From the NCBI GenBank assembly GCA_963790305.1, contig CAWBOC010000010.1, positions 160,001 to 224,000 on the forward strand: a DNA stretch of 64,000 nucleotides, given 5' to 3'. A program made the position numbers and the translations under genes. The notes below the pieces were generated by a model that saw only the letters and a list, made by a program, of their open reading frames with translations, made no database searches and was not told the DNA's origin. Source of the stretch: an uncultured Gemmatimonadaceae bacterium (GTDB lineage: Bacteria > Gemmatimonadota > Gemmatimonadetes > Gemmatimonadales > Gemmatimonadaceae). Positions 58,989-64,000 of this stretch are shown piece by piece (position 1 is the stretch's first letter; each line of letters starts with the position of its first letter).

Positions 58989-61378
58989 GGTCTCGGCAGC
59001 TGCGACAGGCGGAACTGCACCGCGAGATTGGTGAGATTCCAGAGCTGAATGTCGGAGCTCGAGCCATACCGAACCGGCGTGAGCGCGCCATTCACAATGC
59101 GGTAGCTCCAGAGCTCGTTATGCGAGAGCCCGGAGGCCTCGACGGCGTCCAGCGTCTGGCGGAGCGCGGCATCGAGCGCAGCCACGTGCGATGGCGACAC
59201 GGTAGTGCGCAGCTGGCCGGCGTCGTCATAGGCGTCGCCGATCTGCCGTGCGAGGGCAAGGAAGAGAAGATTGACCTCGCGTCCCCAGACCACGCGAGGT
59301 GAATGGTACTGATCCTTTCGGAATGCCTCCCATACCGAGGCTGGCGCGTACGCATCGTTCGCGACCACTGGACCGAGCCTGGCGACGAGCAGGCCGATCG
59401 GGTAGGGCCGGATGAAGATGTCGAGGTCGCGCCGCACGCGATCGGGCGTGAGGTCCTGGAGAAACAGCGCCATCGCCGGATCGGTGCTCGCGACGCGAAT
59501 GGGGCGACCGGCCGCGTCGAGTGACACCGCGAGAAACTCGAGCGCCGACGTGTCGGCCGCACTCGGCGACATCGCACGCTGCCAGTACGCGCGCTCTTCA
59601 CGCGGGAGCGCGGCGAGACGGGCGCGGACCGCTGCGCGCACCGCGGCCGGCGACAGCCGTACTACGAAATGCCGCGCCGCGTCGCGCCACGCGGTAGCTG
59701 CCGCCGTGAACCCGTGAGCATCCGGGAACGACGCGCCGGCGTCTCTCAGCATGGGCATCTTTTCGAGGATGCGCACACACGCCCAGAGCGCCTCGGGAAC
59801 CCAGATCGCGTTGATGTCCATCGCGAAGCGGCCGTTGGCATACCCGGCGTTACTGTCGCGCCAGCTTCCAGGGAAGTGGCTTCCGTTGGGTCGCCGCGGA
59901 AAGGCGATGAGGTTGGTCGCCACCGGCTGCGCCGCATAGGGAGCGGCCGACCTCCTGACGTATTCGATGTTGCGGAGCAGCGCCGTGAGCCGCGTGGTCG
60001 TGTCGGCGCCGGCACGCTCGAGCAGAAACGCGCGCTTACGCTCCGCGGGGATGCGGTCGTCATCGAGATAGCGCGCCACGACGATCGGGAACTGGAAGTC
60101 GTCGTCGAGCATGTTGTAGTTCTCGCGCACGGCATCGAGCTGCGCGAGCACCTCACGCGCACGCGACAGCGCCGAGTCCGCGGCAACGGTTCGACCCGCG
60201 CGGCGCGCGCGAGCGTACTCCGCCATGCGCTCGTTGTAGACGGCTGCATTCTCGCGGATGGCCTGTCCGCCGAGCGCCTCCTCGTGGCTCACCTCACCGG
60301 TGGGCGCGAGCTTGCGCAGCGCACTGCCGATCACGTGCTCGAGCATGCCCGGCGACCAGATCGGCTCCATCATGAGAGCCGACATCAGCATATCGCGACC
60401 GAAGTACGTCGCGAAGTTGGGAAGCCCGGCCATCAGCTTCTCCCGGGAGCTCACCAGCTCGAGGCCGCGGACCTGGCGCTCGAGCCATCGATACCGCAGC
60501 GCGCCGGCAGAATCGGTCGCCCCCCGCTGGGTCTCCAGGAACTGGCGGAATTCGGCGTTGAGCAGATCGTCGCGCCCAATGGGAGTAAGCGCGGCCGAGC
60601 TCGTGGTGATGCGGATGGCGAGATCGATCGGCGCGCCGCTGCGCGAGCGAACTACGACGCTGCGCGCGCCCACCTGCACGTGCGCCGCCAGACGGTTGAC
60701 GCGAAACTCGAGGCCAAGGTGCGAGCGCCCGTCGAACGACGGCTGCTCGACCGTGATGATCCAGCTGCTGTCGACTTCCGAGCGCGTGACAGTCGGGGTC
60801 ATGCGCGCACGCAGCTCTCGGACGTCGGTCGCACGAACGAGCTCGAGGTGGCGCTGCCGCTCCTCGTCGCTCAGCCGCTCGATGGTCGCGATGAGCGTGT
60901 CGAGCTCGGGCCTCGGGAAGGGCGGTGCATCGAAGGGACGAAGATGGCGCCCCTGGTACTGGAGATCCCGCTCGACGCGCATCGAGCCGAGCAGGAACCA
61001 GCCGAGATCGAGGCGCCGCAGATCGCTGCGGAGGCGGAACTCGAGCGAACGGGCATCGCCCGTGGCCGAGCGGATCGCGTCGACGGAGCCCCACGCCGGG
61101 GCCGTGGGACGGCCCGCGCTGTCACGCACGGTGAACCCGACACTCTCGTTGGCAGCGTCGGCGAGCAGCGCGACGACGCGACCCTCCGTTCCCTTGATGT
61201 AGATCTGAACGGTGTTGTCGGCGGCATCGCGGTAGAAGCGGGTGCGATACCCCTCGTAGGCGGCGGGGTCGTCCATTCCCGGCTCCGGGAAGTCGAGCAC
61301 GGGAGGCGTGGCTTGCGGCTGGGCGCCCGGCGCCCCTGCGGCCAACTGGGCGACGAGGGAGAGGAGCGCGACACTCAT
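58985..61378 (-). CDS. Secreted putative six-hairpin glycoside hydrolase (debranching-enzyme-like)
   Basis: N-terminal signal-like segment; 'AGLPNFATYFGRD', 'GEVSHEE', 'WRDS', 'DIN'; first gene of the sugar ABC operon. Confidence 0.65.
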   Translation of the reverse strand: MSVALLSLVAQLAAGAPGAQPQATPPVLDFPEPGMDDPAAYEGYRTRFYRDAADNTVQIYIKGTEGRVVALLADAANESVGFTVRDSAGRPTAPAWGSVDAIRSATGDARSLEFRLRSDLRRLDLGWFLLGSMRVERDLQYQGRHLRPFDAPPFPRPELDTLIATIERLSDEERQRHLELVRATDVRELRARMTPTVTRSEVDSSWIITVEQPSFDGRSHLGLEFRVNRLAAHVQVGARSVVVRSRSGAPIDLAIRITTSSAALTPIGRDDLLNAEFRQFLETQRGATDSAGALRYRWLERQVRGLELVSSREKLMAGLPNFATYFGRDMLMSALMMEPIWSPGMLEHVIGSALRKLAPTGEVSHEEALGGQAIRENAAVYNERMAEYARARRAGRTVAADSALSRAREVLAQLDAVRENYNMLDDDFQFPIVVARYLDDDRIPAERKRAFLLERAGADTTTRLTALLRNIEYVRRSAAPYAAQPVATNLIAFPRRPNGSHFPGSWRDSNAGYANGRFAMDINAIWVPEALWACVRILEKMPMLRDAGASFPDAHGFTAAATAWRDAARHFVVRLSPAAVRAAVRARLAALPREERAYWQRAMSPSAADTSALEFLAVSLDAAGRPIRVASTDPAMALFLQDLTPDRVRRDLDIFIRPYPIGLLVARLGPVVANDAYAPASVWEAFRKDQYHSPRVVWGREVNLLFLALARQIGDAYDDAGQLRTTVSPSHVAALDAALRQTLDAVEASGLSHNELWSYRIVNGALTPVRYGSSSDIQLWNLTNLAVQFRLSQLPRP

Positions 61379-61540
61379 TGGGGGACTCTCACGCGAACGT
61401 CATTGATGAGCTTGTCAACGCCGGGATTCTCGCGGCGAGCGGGGAGTGGACGGCACGGCCCGGCCGTCAGGGCGCGATCGCGCGCACGAAGGCGTTGCGG
61501 ACAGCGCCGAAAAGGGCCTAAAGAAAATCGCCACACCATC

Positions 61541-61570
61541 TTGACAATGTCAGGGCTGGAGAGGATTGTC
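61541..61570 (+). promoter_or_regulatory. Candidate promoter/operator in the divergent intergenic region
   Basis: TTGACA overlapping the palindrome TGACAATGTCA; GACAAT...ATTGTC inverted pair; weak -10 (GATTGT) at N17. Confidence 0.4.
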
Positions 61571-61869
61571 TTGTGCCAGGGTCTACCCACGAAGTTTCGA
61601 CGACGGGGGTGAGCCTTGATAACCCCCCGCCACGGAACCATTCCGCAGCGTCCGCAGGCACCTCACGCGCGATGCCGCGCGTCGCAGATCTTCACGATGC
61701 ACCGTTAGGCACGCCAGTTCGGGTACGTCGCACGTCGGTTCGTCAGCAGCATCCCTTGCCACTTCCAGTCCGCGATCGGCGTTGAACATGGCCGCGGAAG
61801 CGTGGAGCGGTAAGGTCTCACCTCCAAGTGTCGGTGAGCGTCCACTCCCCACCCTGTAGAGGCAGACGT

Positions 61870-64000
61870 ATGGCTCTGGTCCGTTACTTCGTACTCGCAG
61901 TTGCCGCCGGGCTGTTGTCCGCAGCCCAACTCGGCGCGCAAGGCTCGGTCGGCTCGATCACCGGACGCGTCGTCGACAGTACGAGTCAGCAGCCGATCGG
62001 CTCCGTGACCGTTCGCATCGATGGCACCGCGCGCGGAACGGTCACGCGAGACGACGGCACGTACATGCTCCCGGGCGTTCCCGTGGGGCCCGCTCGCGTA
62101 CGGGCGGCGCGCATTGGGTATGCGCCGATCGTGCAGGAGGTGACGGTCGTCGCTGGCGCCCCGGTCACCGCGAACTTCACGCTGGCACCCGCGGGCGTGA
62201 TCCTCGAGCAGGTGGTGACCACCGGCTACGGCACGCAGCGTCGCGAAGCGATCACCGGCTCGGTGGCGGTGGTGGACGCCGATGCGGCCAACGTCGGCGT
62301 GATCACGAACGCGAACGAGATGATTCAGGGACGCGTCGCCGGCGTGGAAATGACGACGAACAACGGCGAGCCCGGCGCTAGCGCACAGATTCGCATTCGC
62401 GGCGGCACCTCGATCAGCGCCAGCAACGAGCCGCTCTACGTGATCGACGGCGTACCAATTAGCAACGCGCCTCTGGAGCCGGCCGGCCCGACCAACGTGT
62501 ACTCGGCGTCTCTCCCCCGCAGTCCGCTCAACCTGCTCAATCCGTCGGACATCGAATCGATCACGATCCTCAAGGATGCGTCGGCCACCGCCATTTACGG
62601 CAGCCGCGCCGCCAACGGCGTGATCCTCATTCAAACGAAGAAGGGCAACGAGGGTGGCGGATCGACGATCGAGTACGACGGCTACGTGGCGTCGTCCTCT
62701 CCGTCGACCTACCTCGAGCTGCTCAACGGCAATGATTACCGGCAGTTCGTGACCGCCGAGCGAGATCGGATCGCCGCGGTTCCCCTGCCGCAGCGTGACA
62801 CCGCCGCGCTCCGTCAATGGAACGCGCGTGTGGCCGGGCTTGGAAACGCGAACACCGATTGGGAGCGCGAAGTCACCCGAACGGCGATCACGCACAATCA
62901 CAATCTGTCGTTCGCCGGCGGTCGCGAGGAGACGCGGTACCGCGCCTCGGTCAACTACATGAATCAGGAAGGGATCGTGGTGGCGAACGGCCTCCAGCGC
63001 ATCCAGGGGCGACTCAACGCCTCGCACAGCTCCTTCGAGGACCGTCTGCGGATGGGGATCAATCTCACCGCGTCGCACCTCATCAACGACTATCTCCCGT
63101 TCGAGAACACGGGCGGCTTCGAAGGCGCCGTCTTCACGAACGTGGCGATCTTCAACCCGACACGGCCGGTGATGACCACCGACGCGAACGGGCGGCAAGT
63201 GTTCTTCGAGATTCCCGGCCAGATTTCGGTGCGCAACCCCGTGGCGTTGGCAGAGCAGATCATCGACGAGGGCAAGACGACCCGTGCCCTGGGCAACGTG
63301 GTGGCCGAGCTCGACCTGCTGCCAGGGCTCACGGCGCAGGTGAACGCCGGCGCCGACCGGTCGGAGAGCGTTCGGCAGACGTACTTCCCCGGCGAGAACC
63401 CGATCGGCTCGCAGTTCCGGGGCCTGGCACGGCAGGTCGATCGCAATCTCACCTCGAAGACGCTCCAGACACTGCTGACGTACCGTAATCAATCTTCGAC
63501 ATCCACAGCATGGACGTCGTCGGCGGTTACGAGTTCAACGAGTACACGACGGAAGAATTCGGCGCAGAAGGGCGCGGGTACATCACCGATCTCTTCAGCT
63601 TCAACAACCTCGGTGGTGGTCAGACGCTGGTTCCGCCGTTCTCCTGGCGAGAAGACAGCCGCCTCGTGTCGTTCTTCGGGCGAGCGAACTACAGCTTCAA
63701 CGAGACGTACTATCTGACCGGCGTGCTCCGGTACGACGGCGCGTCCCAGTTCGGAGCCGGCAACAAATGGGCGCTCTTCCCCGCCGTCTCGGCGTCCTGG
63801 CGGCTCAGCAAGGGCAACTTCCTGCCTGCGGCCGTCTCGGAGCTGCGGCTTCGCGCGGGATGGGGCAAACAGGGCAACGCCGCGGTGAAGCCCTACCAGT
63901 CATTGCTGCTGTTGGGTCCGGGTGCGCGCTACGTGTTCGGCAGTCAGGCGGTCACCGCCGTGACGCAGACGCAGAACGTGAATCCGAATCTGAAGTGGGA
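61870..64000 (+). CDS. SusC/RagA TonB-dependent receptor (runs off the window; frameshift near 63492)
   Basis: Signal peptide; 'VVTTGYGTQ', 'IRIRGGTS', 'PLYVIDG', 'ILKDASATAIYGSRAANGVI'; after the shift 'SFFGRANY..RYDGASQFG..NKWALFPAVS'. Confidence 0.92.

Overview
High-GC bacterial chromosomal window; the gene set and style suggest Gemmatimonadota (inference). It holds about 50 CDSs: two SusC/RagA-type TonB-dependent receptor loci, housekeeping genes (thyX, hbd, thiolase, leuB-like, rnhA, otsB, lpdA, odhB/sucB, gyrA), secreted hydrolases, a sugar ABC transporter, an orphan adenine methyltransferase and an ECF sigma/anti-sigma pair. I saw no rRNA, tRNA, CRISPR array or transposase. Three things stand out. 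(1) About a dozen inverted arrays of short tandem repeats (7-nt or 9/10-nt units) mostly abut or overlap stop codons. Two are translated in frame, and one flanks a four-helix-bundle (TIGR02436/Avd-like) gene inserted antisense between odhB and lpdA. This looks like a cargo-bearing element plus empty derivatives. (2) A sigma54-preceded, translationally coupled operon encodes two non-canonical D-Ala-D-Ala-ligase-like ATP-grasp enzymes, a GNAT and a KamA radical-SAM aminomutase; it is a candidate pathway for a beta-amino-acid peptide. (3) A GCCTAAC heptamer appears enriched. At least six single-base frameshifts in otherwise intact genes are most likely long-read assembly errors. All calls come from reading the sequence; no database searches were run.
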